The position numbers were made by a program, and so were the translations under genes. From the NCBI GenBank assembly GCA_964609855.1, contig CAZSTB010000001.1, positions 119,170 to 183,169 on the forward strand: a stretch of DNA of 64,000 bases, written 5' to 3'. The DNA is from an uncultured Bdellovibrionales bacterium (GTDB lineage: Bacteria > Patescibacteriota > Minisyncoccia > Moranbacterales > GWC2-37-73). Shown here one piece after another: positions 1 to 9,269 of this stretch. Numbering within the stretch: the first letter of the stretch is position 1; every line of letters begins with the position of its first letter. Under the pieces are notes generated by a model that worked only from the letters and a program-made list of their open reading frames with translations, searched no databases and was not told the DNA's origin.

Positions 1-960
1 CATTTAACCGAATTTTTAATCGGTTATCAAAATACTTGTATTGTGATTTCGCATGATGCTGACTTCTTGAATTCTTTTACGGACGGAGTTTTGTACCTGG
101 ATGTTTTTACGCGAAAAGTTGATCAATATCTAGGCGATTATTATGTGGTGGTTGCTGAAATCGCTGCGCGCATCGAAAAAGAAAAAATGAAAAATGCGCA
201 ATATGAAAAAGAAATTATTGCCAACAAGGAAAAGGCGAACTTTTTTGCGAATAAAGGAGGAAAAATGCGTCTTGTGGCGCGCCGCATGCGTGATAAAGCC
301 GAAGAAATGGAAGCTGCAAAGGTTGATGTGCGAAGAGAAGACCAGTCAATTAGAGGCTTTACGATTCCCACACAAGACGACCTTGTCGGTGATATCATTA
401 AAATCTCTGCTTTAACAGTGGTTATTAATCATCATCCATACCCGAAAGAGGTTAATGTTTCCCTGAAGAAAAATCAGCATCTGCTGCTGGCTGGGCCTAA
501 CGGAATCGGAAAAAGTACCCTATTGGAATCTATGGCAACCGGAAAAGCTGAGGGCGCAAAAATTTCTGAAAGTGTCCGGGTGGGATATTACCGTCAGGAT
601 TTTTCTACACTGAATTTTGAAGATACTGTATATGAATCTTTGGCTGGAGTAATGAACAGGACAGATGAGGAGAAATTACGTTCGGTGGCGTCAGGATTTT
701 TGATTGATCGCAAAATGATCAATTCGAAAATCGGCGTACTTTCTGAAGGACAAAAGGGCTTGGTTGCTTTTGCGCGCTTAGTGCTGCAAGAACCGGGACT
801 ACTGATTTTAGATGAACCCACTAATCACATAAACTTCCGCCATCTGCCGATTATTGCTCAGGCCTTGAGTAAATATGAAGGAGCGATGATATTGGTTTCC
901 CATGTTGCGGAATTCGTGGAGCAAATTCGCATTGATGAAATCTTGGACTTGGAAAAATAA
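1..960 (+). CDS. ABC-F family ATP-binding protein (5'-truncated)
   Basis: Frame open from base 1 (HLTEFL...VISHD); coiled-coil linker; second NBD with GPNGIGKS, LSEGQK, LLILDEPTNH; no TM segments. Confidence 0.9.
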   Translation, partial: HLTEFLIGYQNTCIVISHDADFLNSFTDGVLYLDVFTRKVDQYLGDYYVVVAEIAARIEKEKMKNAQYEKEIIANKEKANFFANKGGKMRLVARRMRDKAEEMEAAKVDVRREDQSIRGFTIPTQDDLVGDIIKISALTVVINHHPYPKEVNVSLKKNQHLLLAGPNGIGKSTLLESMATGKAEGAKISESVRVGYYRQDFSTLNFEDTVYESLAGVMNRTDEEKLRSVASGFLIDRKMINSKIGVLSEGQKGLVAFARLVLQEPGLLILDEPTNHINFRHLPIIAQALSKYEGAMILVSHVAEFVEQIRIDEILDLEK

Positions 961-1045
961 TTTTTCAGCTCTCATCTTTCGACAAAGTGAAAGTGAAATT
1001 AAAAAACTGCAGATTTTGGGGAAATAAGAAAATTTATTGACCCTA

Positions 1046-1073
1046 TTGACAAAATCTCTGAAAGTGCTATTAT
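1046..1073 (+). promoter_or_regulatory. sigma70-type promoter of cold-shock gene
   Basis: TTGACA-16 bp-TATTAT with extended TG, ~100 nt upstream of the ATG. Confidence 0.6.
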
Positions 1074-1172
1074 TAAAGGGCAAAAGTAGGACCTTCGCAA
1101 TAGAGTAGTCGAGCTTGTTTTAAAGCGCAGCCCACCCAACCCATGCATTTAACCAAACTTAGAAAATCTCAC

Positions 1173-1373
1173 ATGTCACAAGGAACAATCAAAAGATTGA
1201 CTGATCGTGGATTCGGATTCATTGCCCAAGAGGGTTCTGATAAGGATCTTTTCTTCCATGCCAAAGAACTGCAAAACGCAGAATTCAATGAAATGAAAGA
1301 AGGCGACCGTGTTGAATTCGAAGTTAGCGAAAGCCCGAAAGGACCTTGCGCTATCAACGTTTCACGCATCTAA
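1173..1373 (+). CDS. cspA: Cold-shock protein (CSD)
   Basis: MSQGTIKRLTDRGFGFI...DLFFH...EGDRVEFEV, RNP1/RNP2 motifs; start taken at ATG 1173. Confidence 0.93.
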   Translation: MSQGTIKRLTDRGFGFIAQEGSDKDLFFHAKELQNAEFNEMKEGDRVEFEVSESPKGPCAINVSRI

Positions 1374-1400
1374 TTATACTTCGTATAGTTTAGAGATCTC

Positions 1401-1430
1401 AAAAACCCTCTTCGGAGGGTTTTTGTTTTG
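1401..1430 (+). terminator. Intrinsic terminator
   Basis: AAAAACCCTC-TTCG-GAGGGTTTTT with UUCG tetraloop and U-run. Confidence 0.9.
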
Positions 1431-1513
1431 TTTTGATTGCAATTTATTGAAAATATGTATACAATTGGCAATCATGATATGATACCTATATTAAGCTGAA
1501 TCTGAATAAAAAT

Positions 1514-2602
1514 ATGGAATTTAAACAATTGGGTTGGGAAAAATATCGCGAAGCAGTGAAACTTGAAAGGGATTTCACTGAAAATGAAGTCGCGCGCGTT
1601 GCTATTGAGAACCGTGGCGGTTATTTGCTGTATTCGGTATTTGGGGAGCTGATAGGAATTGTTCAGGGAAAATTTATGCGAAGCGCGGTGAAAGAATCTG
1701 ATTATCCTAAGGTGGGTGATTGGGTATTAATGGAAAAGCTGCCAAGCGAACAAAAGGCTATCATTAAAGAAATATTACCGAGAATCACTAAGGTAAGCCG
1801 CAGGCGTGTGGCAAAAGATCGCAGTGCCAGCGATGATAAACAAGAGGAACAAATAATCGCGACCAATGTCGACATCGTCTTCATTGTGCAGGGACTTGAT
1901 GGCGACTTTAATGTTCCTAGGCTCGAGAGATATATTACCATGACAAAAGAAGGTGGTTGCAGGCCGATAGTCCTGTTGAATAAATGCGATGCAGTGACAG
2001 ATGGCGAAGAAAAAATGCAGCAGCTGCGTTTGTCACAAGAAAGCGTGGAGGCTTTTTTGGTAAGTGCAGTATCGGGCTATGGAATCGATCAGCTTCGAAA
2101 ATTCATCGAGCCAGGAACCTCGGTAGTTTTCGTAGGTTCTTCGGGTGTCGGAAAATCAACGCTATTGAACGCATTGGTGGGGATTGATTTGCAAAAGACA
2201 CAAGAAGTACGAATCGATGACAGCAGAGGGAGGCACACGACAACCAAGAGAGAATTATTTCTGTTGCCCCAGGGTGGAATACTTATAGACACACCCGGCA
2301 TGAGGGAGTTGGCACTGTGGGCGACACAGGACGCTGTGGTTGAGACTTTTCAGGACATGGAGCAACTCGCTGCTAACTGTAAATTTAATGACTGCGACCA
2401 CACGGTCAGTAATGGCTGCGCGATTTTGGCGGCCATTGAAAGTGGGGAAGTTTCCGAGGATAGATATCAGAGCTTCATAAAATTGCATGGAAATGTTTCA
2501 TCCGGAGATGGAAAAAGTAAAAAAAATGCTGCACTGGAAATGCGAACTTTGAAAAAGCAGATGCGCAAAGACGTTAATCGTTTCACGAAAAAGAAAAAAT
2601 GA
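1514..2602 (+). CDS. rsgA: Ribosome small subunit-dependent GTPase A
   Basis: OB domain (KVGDWV), NKCD, GSSGVGKST, GRHTTT, DTPG, Zn site CKFNDCDH...C. Confidence 0.95.
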   Translation: MEFKQLGWEKYREAVKLERDFTENEVARVAIENRGGYLLYSVFGELIGIVQGKFMRSAVKESDYPKVGDWVLMEKLPSEQKAIIKEILPRITKVSRRRVAKDRSASDDKQEEQIIATNVDIVFIVQGLDGDFNVPRLERYITMTKEGGCRPIVLLNKCDAVTDGEEKMQQLRLSQESVEAFLVSAVSGYGIDQLRKFIEPGTSVVFVGSSGVGKSTLLNALVGIDLQKTQEVRIDDSRGRHTTTKRELFLLPQGGILIDTPGMRELALWATQDAVVETFQDMEQLAANCKFNDCDHTVSNGCAILAAIESGEVSEDRYQSFIKLHGNVSSGDGKSKKNAALEMRTLKKQMRKDVNRFTKKKK

Positions 2603-3012
2603 ACAAGAATAATTTAAGGGTCCTATTGAAGAAGCTTAACCGCCAAAATAAGAAAAAATTACTTGTGTTCAATGCTCCGAGAGAATTCCTATCAGTTTTG
2701 TGGGATATCGGACATGAGATAGAAGTGATTAGGTCATTGGGGAAAAATGAAAAAGTTGCCCTGGTGCTGACTTTTGTACGACAGGCAAAAGAAATTGAAA
2801 AATATGGTTCTCTAATAAATGATAGTGCGGAGACAGATGCAGTCATTTGGTTTGCTTTCCCAAAGAAGACCTCCAAGACTTACAAATCCAATATTGACGG
2901 AGAAAATGGTTGGGATGGATTGATTACTATGGGCTTTGAAAAAGCCGGAAGCATTTCCGTTGATAATGATTGGTCAGCGCTTCGCTTTAAAAAACTTCAA
3001 AAACGGCAATAA
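2599..3012 (+). CDS. Conserved hypothetical protein (DUF3052-like)
   Basis: VIWFAFPKKTSK...SIDGENGW...SVDNDWSALRF signature. Confidence 0.7.
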   Translation: MNKNNLRVLLKKLNRQNKKKLLVFNAPREFLSVLWDIGHEIEVIRSLGKNEKVALVLTFVRQAKEIEKYGSLINDSAETDAVIWFAFPKKTSKTYKSNIDGENGWDGLITMGFEKAGSISVDNDWSALRFKKLQKRQ

Positions 3013-3024
3013 GCCGTTTTTTTT
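3000..3024 (+). terminator. Intrinsic terminator
   Basis: AAAACGGC-AATAA-GCCGTTTT plus U-run, overlapping the stop codon. Confidence 0.75.
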
Positions 3025-3084
3025 ATTTGTAATGAAAATTCTCAGACGGCGTATTAATGTATGTGATTTTCTAATGCAAGCAAT

Positions 3085-3498
3085 ATGGAAAAAATAATCA
3101 GGTCTGAGGATGAATGGCGAAAAATTCTTACACCCGAGCAGTTTCATGTTATGCGAGAAAAGGGCACGGAAATGGCATATTCATGCGCATGGAACGAGGA
3201 TAAACTTGAAAATGGAATTTTTCATTGTGCGGCTTGCGACTTGCCTCTGTTTTCAAGCGTCACGAAATTCGCATCAGGAACTGGCTGGCCTAGTTATTTT
3301 GCACCGCTTGAAAAAGAAAATATTGAAGAAAAAGAAGATTGGTCTTTGGGAGTTTTGCGCACTGAAGTCAGCTGCGCCCGTTGCGGCTCGCATTTGGGGC
3401 ATGTTTTTGAAGATGCCGCCGATACGCCGACAGGAAAAAGATATTGCATAAATTCCGTGGCGTTGAATTTTAAGTTTGAAAAGAATAATGAACAATGA
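3085..3498 (+). CDS. msrB: Peptide-methionine (R)-S-oxide reductase
   Basis: LTPEQFHVMREKGTE, CAAC, SGTGWPSY, CARCGSHLGHVFED, RYCINS. Confidence 0.96.
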   Translation: MEKIIRSEDEWRKILTPEQFHVMREKGTEMAYSCAWNEDKLENGIFHCAACDLPLFSSVTKFASGTGWPSYFAPLEKENIEEKEDWSLGVLRTEVSCARCGSHLGHVFEDAADTPTGKRYCINSVALNFKFEKNNEQ

Positions 3499-4051
3499 TA
3501 ATCAAAAGAAAATTGAAAATTTTACGTTAGGCGGCGGGTGCTTTTGGTGCCTGCAGGCTATTTTTGAGCAGGTTCAAGGGGTAGAAAAAGTTATAGCGGG
3601 TTACAGTGGAGGAGTGGTTGCTAATCCAAATTATGAAGAGGTTTCCAGTGGCAAAACTGGATATGCTGAGGTTGTAAGGATTTATTATGATGCACAAAGC
3701 ATTTCCTTGGAGGATATTTTAAACATTTTTTTCAGTATTCATGACCCCACAACACTCAATAGGCAAGGTGCGGACGTTGGAACTCAGTATCGCTCAATAA
3801 TTTTATATGAAAATAAATTGGAGCATGATACGGCTGAGAAAGTAATGCTAAAATTAATTAATGAAAAAATTTTTGACGGCATGATTGTGACTGAACTTGC
3901 AGCGTTAGAAAATTTCTATCCAGCTGAAGAATATCATCAGCATTATTTTGAAAAAAACCCGACTGCGGCCTATTGCCAGTTAGTTGTTGCTCCAAAGGTT
4001 GCAAAATTCAGAAATGAATATCAAAAATTATTCAAGAAAAATTCCCTATGA
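3488..4051 (+). CDS. msrA: Peptide-methionine (S)-S-oxide reductase
   Basis: GGGCFWC, HDPTTLNRQGADVGTQYRS, FYPAEEYHQ. Confidence 0.96.
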   Translation: MNNDNQKKIENFTLGGGCFWCLQAIFEQVQGVEKVIAGYSGGVVANPNYEEVSSGKTGYAEVVRIYYDAQSISLEDILNIFFSIHDPTTLNRQGADVGTQYRSIILYENKLEHDTAEKVMLKLINEKIFDGMIVTELAALENFYPAEEYHQHYFEKNPTAAYCQLVVAPKVAKFRNEYQKLFKKNSL

Positions 4052-4734
4052 AAAAGAAATATTTATTTTTTCTTTTTGGTATTTTGTTTTTGAGCTTTTT
4101 CATTATTTTTTACAGGAATTATTCTCCAGTAGCGCAGCAAATTCAAGAAAGCAAGCAAAGTCCAGCCGCGAAAAAAATAGAAAGTCAAGTGAATGAGAAT
4201 AATCTAGCGGTGCCTGGTCAGAATAAATCAGATGAATTTAAAATGCCTCTTGAAAAGACTTCGGAAAGAGTCACAAAGAAAGAATTCGGAAAATATGTAA
4301 CGCCCGAAAATTCTCCAGTCAGTCCGGAAAGATTCTCCGGATACCACACTGGTGTGGATTTCGAAATATTTCCCGGGGAAGAAAACGTTGAAATAAAAGT
4401 CTCTGCCATGTGCTCGGGAAAGTTGTTGGAGAAAAGATATGCTAGCGGATATGGCGGCGCGCTAGTTCAGTCTTGCCGGCTTAATAATGAGGACGTGACT
4501 GTAATTTATGGACATCTGGAGCTTGCCAGCATAGATAAAAAAATTGGTGACGATTTAAATGCTGGAGATCTTTTAGGAATTCTGGGCGATGGAAATAGCC
4601 AAGAAACAGATGGCGAACGTAAGCATTTACATCTTGGTATTCACAAAGGAAAAGATATAAATCTTTTGGGTTATGCAAAAAATCAAACTCAACTTTCGCA
4701 GTGGCACGATCCTTGTAAATGGGTTTGTGATTGA
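4048..4734 (+). CDS. Membrane-anchored M23 family metallopeptidase
   Basis: N-terminal TM; HTGVD (HxxxD), YGHL and HLH zinc motifs. Confidence 0.88.
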   Translation: MKKKYLFFLFGILFLSFFIIFYRNYSPVAQQIQESKQSPAAKKIESQVNENNLAVPGQNKSDEFKMPLEKTSERVTKKEFGKYVTPENSPVSPERFSGYHTGVDFEIFPGEENVEIKVSAMCSGKLLEKRYASGYGGALVQSCRLNNEDVTVIYGHLELASIDKKIGDDLNAGDLLGILGDGNSQETDGERKHLHLGIHKGKDINLLGYAKNQTQLSQWHDPCKWVCD

Positions 4735-4805
4735 GTTTAAAGATAAAATTTCATAAACATTACTGCAAAATTATTAATCCATACTCATTAACATACGATA
4801 AAACC

Positions 4806-4834
4806 TTGACTTTTTCATTTTTATCCTGTATACT
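4806..4834 (+). promoter_or_regulatory. sigma70-type promoter with no nearby ORF
   Basis: TTGACT-17 bp-TATACT; nearest convincing downstream ORF starts at 5359. Confidence 0.55.
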
Positions 4835-4928
4835 ACTATGGTGCTAAAAAATAAAATAGTGATATTTTGCTGGGCCCGCAACAAATTTGAGTGGGCAAAT
4901 AAATATTTTATCTAATCAATAAGATATT

Positions 4929-5085
4929 TTTTTATTGTCGAACGAAGTCGAGCGAAACGAAAATAAACTTTTCGTTTCCGAGCGAGTGATGACATCAAAT
5001 AGGTTTAACCTGCCTGCCGGCAGGCAGGTACCTCGATGCTTGCGAGGGTTCGGGGCTTGCCCCAGGGTTAATACCTTTTATTTTC
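4929..5085 (+). repeat. Dispersed structured element, copy A, with nested REP-like palindromes
   Basis: Homologous to reverse complement of 39601-39754; contains perfect palindrome ACCTGCCTGCCGGCAGGCAGGT (5008-5029). Confidence 0.8.
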
Positions 5086-5358
5086 AAGCGACGCAAGTTG
5101 AAGTGATGAAATATTTCATCACTACTGATCAGTGCGGGGACGCATGAGCTTGAACAGCCTACTTTCCAGGGTGAGGAGAGTGAAAAATATTCTACTGTTA
5201 TTTTTAGGCCGAAACAAAACACCAATCGTTTACAAATAGCATTTATAAGTAAGCGAGCCATCATTAATATAGGACTTACGCGTTTATCATCAAATCTTTC
5301 GTTTTTTACGTCGGGTGGGATGGATTAGGATAATGAATGCGTGCGCCTTGAAAAAAAT

Positions 5359-5505
5359 ATGTCAAAATTTGAATTGCTTAAAAAGCTGGAATATTTAATC
5401 GCGTTTCAATCTAATTGTTTGCAGAGTGGGAACTGGGATGAATTCGACAAGATTGAAGATAGTATTAAGAAATTAGAAGTAAATATCCTTAAATCTATCG
5501 AATAA
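5359..5505 (+). CDS. Small hypothetical protein (48 aa), not in ORF track
   Basis: MSKFELLKKLEYLIAFQSNCLQSGNWDEFDKIEDSIKKLEVNILKSIE; A-rich leader typical of this genome; amphipathic helical pattern. Confidence 0.65.
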   Translation: MSKFELLKKLEYLIAFQSNCLQSGNWDEFDKIEDSIKKLEVNILKSIE

Positions 5506-5518
5506 GAAATTTTGCTTT

Positions 5519-5935
5519 TCACTTGCGCCCTTTTCTTGAAGTGCAATATGCACATTTGCAGCCCATAGGTTTTATATAGGTATAAAAATACTCTTTGCCG
5601 TAATCATAACCAAGTTGTTCTCCAACCTCGATATTTCTCAGTGCAAAAATCAGTATCTGCTTTCTGCGAATTTGAACTTCACAGTTGGGCTGACATGAGT
5701 GATTGATGTAACGGCTCAAATTTTCGCGACCCTTGCCGTCAATGGCCCATTTGGAATCTATTTGGAATAAGTATTTTCCGCCTCTTAGCTCAGCTTCCTC
5801 GGTTGAAATCAGGTCGCCGGTATATTCAGAAACAAGTTTTCCTTGAGTGATTTTTTCTTTAGCAAAAAGTCCTAAACCGCTTGCAGAACGGCTTACTTGC
5901 ATTAAATTCGAATTTGTTAGTATGTATTTTGCCAT
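5519..5935 (-). CDS. SET-domain protein-lysine methyltransferase
   Basis: GLGLFA, RYINHSCQPN, GEQLGYDYG, C-terminal post-SET-like CKCAYC. Confidence 0.92.
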   Translation of the reverse strand: MAKYILTNSNLMQVSRSASGLGLFAKEKITQGKLVSEYTGDLISTEEAELRGGKYLFQIDSKWAIDGKGRENLSRYINHSCQPNCEVQIRRKQILIFALRNIEVGEQLGYDYGKEYFYTYIKPMGCKCAYCTSRKGRK

Positions 5936-6071
5936 GATAGTTTATACAAACAACGCTCGAAAATTATTTTAGATTTAGATGGTCAAGATTGAATTTAGGT
6001 GCTAAAATATTTTCAAGTAATATTTAACGGCAGTTGCTTGAAAGTTGTTTTCCTAGCATGCATAAAAAATA

Positions 6072-6416
6072 ATGAAAATTGAAACTGAAGATGGTAAAAA
6101 AATTGAAGCTATTTTTAGGGTGCTAGAAATGCCTCAGAAAGAAATAGTTGAGCATATGGACAGGATCGGGGAAGCGTTGCTTATGGATGTTGTCGCTGAG
6201 GCCTTTGCGCAGAAAGATTTTTCTCCCGAGGAGGAACTCGCTAGCAAGGATGATTTAGCTAAATTCTTGTTGGAAAATTGCAGTGAGCAGGAAATAAAAG
6301 AATTTACCGCAATTGTTTTGCATGATGTGGTGGTTGAGTATTTTTCAAAAATGCTAAAAGAACTTCCGGATGAGAAAAGGGAAGAAATTGAAAGCATCTT
6401 AAACTCCATTGAATAA
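6072..6416 (+). CDS. Hypothetical acidic helical protein
   Basis: 114-aa ORF overlapping the start of the sigma factor gene. Confidence 0.65.
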   Translation: MKIETEDGKKIEAIFRVLEMPQKEIVEHMDRIGEALLMDVVAEAFAQKDFSPEEELASKDDLAKFLLENCSEQEIKEFTAIVLHDVVVEYFSKMLKELPDEKREEIESILNSIE

Positions 6417-6996
6417 GTTATCGAAAACTGATTCGGAACTGGTTGCTGATTATTTGGCGGGGGAAGAAGCTGTACTGGAGGAACTCGTTGAAAAATATCT
6501 CAAGCCACTTTATAATTTCGTCTACCAGCTTACGCATGATTCTGGTGCGGCTGAAGATATCGTGCAGGATGTATTTGTGAAAATGTGGAAAAATCTGGAT
6601 TCTTTCGATAGAGAAAAAAAATTCTCAACTTGGATTTTTGCGATAGCTAAGAATGCGGCATTGGATTGGTTGAAAAAGAAAAGAAGTTTTAGTTTTTCTT
6701 TTTTCTCGAGTGAGGCTGAAGCCAATGGGCTTGATGAAATTGAAGATGATTCCGCTTGGCATGGAAATGATCTATTAGAATTAATCGATAATAGAAAGGA
6801 TATAGAGAAATTACTGTCAACCATTTCTTCAGAAGCAAAGACAATTTTACTGCTTCATCAGGTGCATGGTTTTTCTTTGATGGAGGTTTCGCAAATCATG
6901 GGGCAATCTTCAAACACAACTAAAAGTAAGTATCGTAGAGCTATTTTGAATTTACGGAAGTTGGTAGGTGGCACTGCGCTGAAGACCTCGAAATAA
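6409..6996 (+). CDS. ECF RNA polymerase sigma factor
   Basis: Region 2 AEDIVQDVFVKMWK, FSTWIFAIAKNAALD; region 4 HTH SLMEVSQIMGQSSNTTKSKYRRA. Confidence 0.92.
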   Translation: MNKLSKTDSELVADYLAGEEAVLEELVEKYLKPLYNFVYQLTHDSGAAEDIVQDVFVKMWKNLDSFDREKKFSTWIFAIAKNAALDWLKKKRSFSFSFFSSEAEANGLDEIEDDSAWHGNDLLELIDNRKDIEKLLSTISSEAKTILLLHQVHGFSLMEVSQIMGQSSNTTKSKYRRAILNLRKLVGGTALKTSK

Positions 6997-7103
6997 AAAG
7001 ATCAATCCCCTCGGATTGGTTTTTTATCGTCCAATGAAGTAAATGAAGTGGGTCCTAATCTTTTATTGCACCCAGACTGACAATTAATTCGTATTATAAA
7101 TAT

Positions 7104-7505
7104 ATGGAAAACAACTTGAATAAAATTTTTGCCCAAACGGAGCCTCCAAAACATTTGAAAGCTGCAGTTTTAAGGCAAATTAAGCTTGCTCAGACAAGAA
7201 AACTTCAGCGTGAGAAGCGTCTTTTTATGTTTGGTTTTTGCGCCAATGCGGCAATTTTTGCTTCTGCTATATTTATTTTTGGAAAACAATTGTTAGTTTC
7301 TGATTTTTGGAGCATTGCCTTGTTGGCTTTTACTGATTTCACTACAGTGGCTAGCTACTGGCAATCACTCGGAATGTCGCTGCTGGAAACATTTCCGGCA
7401 ATTTCGGTTGTAGGAATCTTGTTTCCGATATTCTTATTCCTATTCTTAGTGAGACAGTATGTTAATCAACATTTGAATAAGTTTACTCTAAAATTTTTAT
7501 ATTAA
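7104..7505 (+). CDS. Putative membrane anti-sigma factor
   Basis: N-terminal EPPKHLKAAVLRQI followed by TM helices; directly after the ECF sigma gene. Confidence 0.6.
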   Translation: MENNLNKIFAQTEPPKHLKAAVLRQIKLAQTRKLQREKRLFMFGFCANAAIFASAIFIFGKQLLVSDFWSIALLAFTDFTTVASYWQSLGMSLLETFPAISVVGILFPIFLFLFLVRQYVNQHLNKFTLKFLY

Positions 7506-7506
7506 T

Positions 7507-7998
7507 ATGATGAAAAATATTGATCAAGTAGTTACTTCAAAATACTTTAAATTTATTTTATTTGGTCTGGGAGCAATAATTCTCTTGATAGCAGTCTTTT
7601 CCGCTGGGGTTAGGGTTGGTTTCAGGAAAGCCAGTTTTTCGAATGAATTTGGAGAAAATTATGAAAGAAATTTCATGGGTGGACCAAGAGGTCAAATGAT
7701 GGAAGGCCGGGGAAAATCCAATGGGCCAATGGGCGCATTCAGGGAATTTGAAGGGAGAGGCTTTCGTAATGCGCACGGAGTTGCTGGAAACATAATTTCA
7801 GTAAATGATGAAGTAATCATCATAAAAGATGGTGATAATAAAGAAAACACCGTAAGTATTACTGAAAAGACCCTAATTAAATCGCGCGGTGGCGATTTGG
7901 AAAAAAGCAGTCTCGAAAACGGTCAGCGTCTGGTTGTCGTGGGGAAGCCTGACAAAATGGGAACTATTGTGGCTGAGCTAATTAGGGTGTTTGAATAG
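7507..7998 (+). CDS. Membrane protein with Gly/Met-rich linker and OB-fold-like (DUF5666-like) domain
   Basis: One TM; GNIISVN...IIIKD...LENGQRLVVVG pattern. Confidence 0.6.
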   Translation: MMKNIDQVVTSKYFKFILFGLGAIILLIAVFSAGVRVGFRKASFSNEFGENYERNFMGGPRGQMMEGRGKSNGPMGAFREFEGRGFRNAHGVAGNIISVNDEVIIIKDGDNKENTVSITEKTLIKSRGGDLEKSSLENGQRLVVVGKPDKMGTIVAELIRVFE

Positions 7999-8029
7999 AT
8001 TTAATAAAAAATTTAAAATAAAAGTTGCT

Positions 8030-9199
8030 ATGAAAAAATGGAAGATTTTTGCCATCGTTGCATTATTAGGAGTCGTGATATATTACTGGTATAGTCAGAA
8101 AAATGATATTGCTAAGGCCATTCAATATAAAACAACTGTTGCGGAAAAGAGCAGTTTGACGACTTCAGTTTCTGCGAGCGGAAATGTCGTGGTTGACCAA
8201 TTGGCAACTGTTGATCCTACAATCACGGGAACAGTTGCAGATTTGGCGGTAAATGTTGGAGAAAATGTAAAAAGGGGGGCTCGGCTCTTTACTATTATCA
8301 ATGACGATCTTTCAGTAAGTAACAACAAATCAGTAGCATCTTTGCAGCAAGCTGAAAATTCAGTAGCCTCGGCGAAGCTTCAGGTGAAGCAGGCAAAAGA
8401 AGATTATGACCAGGCTAAAGATAATGACCAAAGCAGTTCCGACCAACGAAGGATACTTAAGGATAAAATTGCAATTGCTGAAAGAGGCGTACTTGCGGCA
8501 GAAAAAAATTATGCAGCCTCTTTGGCGGACTACAAAAACCAACTTTCAGATGGCGCCAAAAGAACTGTCACCGCACCAATTGATGGAACAGTCAGTGCGA
8601 TCAATATAAAAAACGGAGATGATCTGAGCCGTCTTGCATCGAGTAGTAGCTCCAATAGTGCTCCGATTATTATCGGAGATTTGAAAACTTTGAAAGCGCA
8701 GGTGGCGGTCAATGAAGTCGATATTTCTGATGTGGAAATAGGACAGAAAGTTATGTTAACTTTCAGCGCCATCGACGGACTTTCTCTGACAGGAAAAGTT
8801 GAAAAGATGGACGCGCTCGGAACGCTTTCGCAAGGAGTTGTGACATATAATGTGACAGTGGGTTTTGATGAGATTGACTCCCGAATAAAACCGCAGATGA
8901 GTGTTTCTGCTAAAATCATTACCGAGGTGAAGCAAAATATTGTGGTCGTGCCTAACGGCGCACTTAAAACCCAAGGTAATGCTATATATATTGAAGTTTT
9001 AAATATCCAAAAGCAGCCAGAGAAGCGAACCATAGAAATCGGCGCTGCCAATAATACGGAAACCGAAATAGTCAGTGGCATCGATATTGGAGATGCTGTG
9101 ATTACGCAGACCATTGATCCCAATATTAAGACAACTACTGCTTCCAGCGGCTCTAGTAGTGGTGTTAGAATTCCAGGGCTGGGCGGAGGAGTAAGATAA
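8030..9199 (+). CDS. Efflux membrane fusion protein (MacA-like)
   Basis: N-terminal TM, lipoyl half-motifs (ITGTVADLAVNVGENV; TAPIDGTV), coiled coil, VNEVDI. Confidence 0.9.
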   Translation: MKKWKIFAIVALLGVVIYYWYSQKNDIAKAIQYKTTVAEKSSLTTSVSASGNVVVDQLATVDPTITGTVADLAVNVGENVKRGARLFTIINDDLSVSNNKSVASLQQAENSVASAKLQVKQAKEDYDQAKDNDQSSSDQRRILKDKIAIAERGVLAAEKNYAASLADYKNQLSDGAKRTVTAPIDGTVSAINIKNGDDLSRLASSSSSNSAPIIIGDLKTLKAQVAVNEVDISDVEIGQKVMLTFSAIDGLSLTGKVEKMDALGTLSQGVVTYNVTVGFDEIDSRIKPQMSVSAKIITEVKQNIVVVPNGALKTQGNAIYIEVLNIQKQPEKRTIEIGAANNTETEIVSGIDIGDAVITQTIDPNIKTTTASSGSSSGVRIPGLGGGVR

Positions 9200-9269
9200 T
9201 TTCAATAATATAGCATATACAAAAGACAAACTAAACTTATTGTTTTTTTTGAATATTGACTATTGAATA

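Noticed and set aside
4935-5264. ORFs containing LPAGRQV on both strands
   Set aside because: Translation artefacts of the palindrome CCTGCCTGCCGGCAGGCAGG
5136-5330. tmRNA, RNase P or 6S RNA (GGGGACG start, GAGGAGAGT)
   Set aside because: No TTCGAC after the 5' end, no T-arm/CCA 3' end and no P4 partner strand visible
8530-9123. Long antisense ORFs (also 31737-32297, 60759-61346, 15172-15684)
   Set aside because: Shadow frames of well-supported genes on the opposite strand
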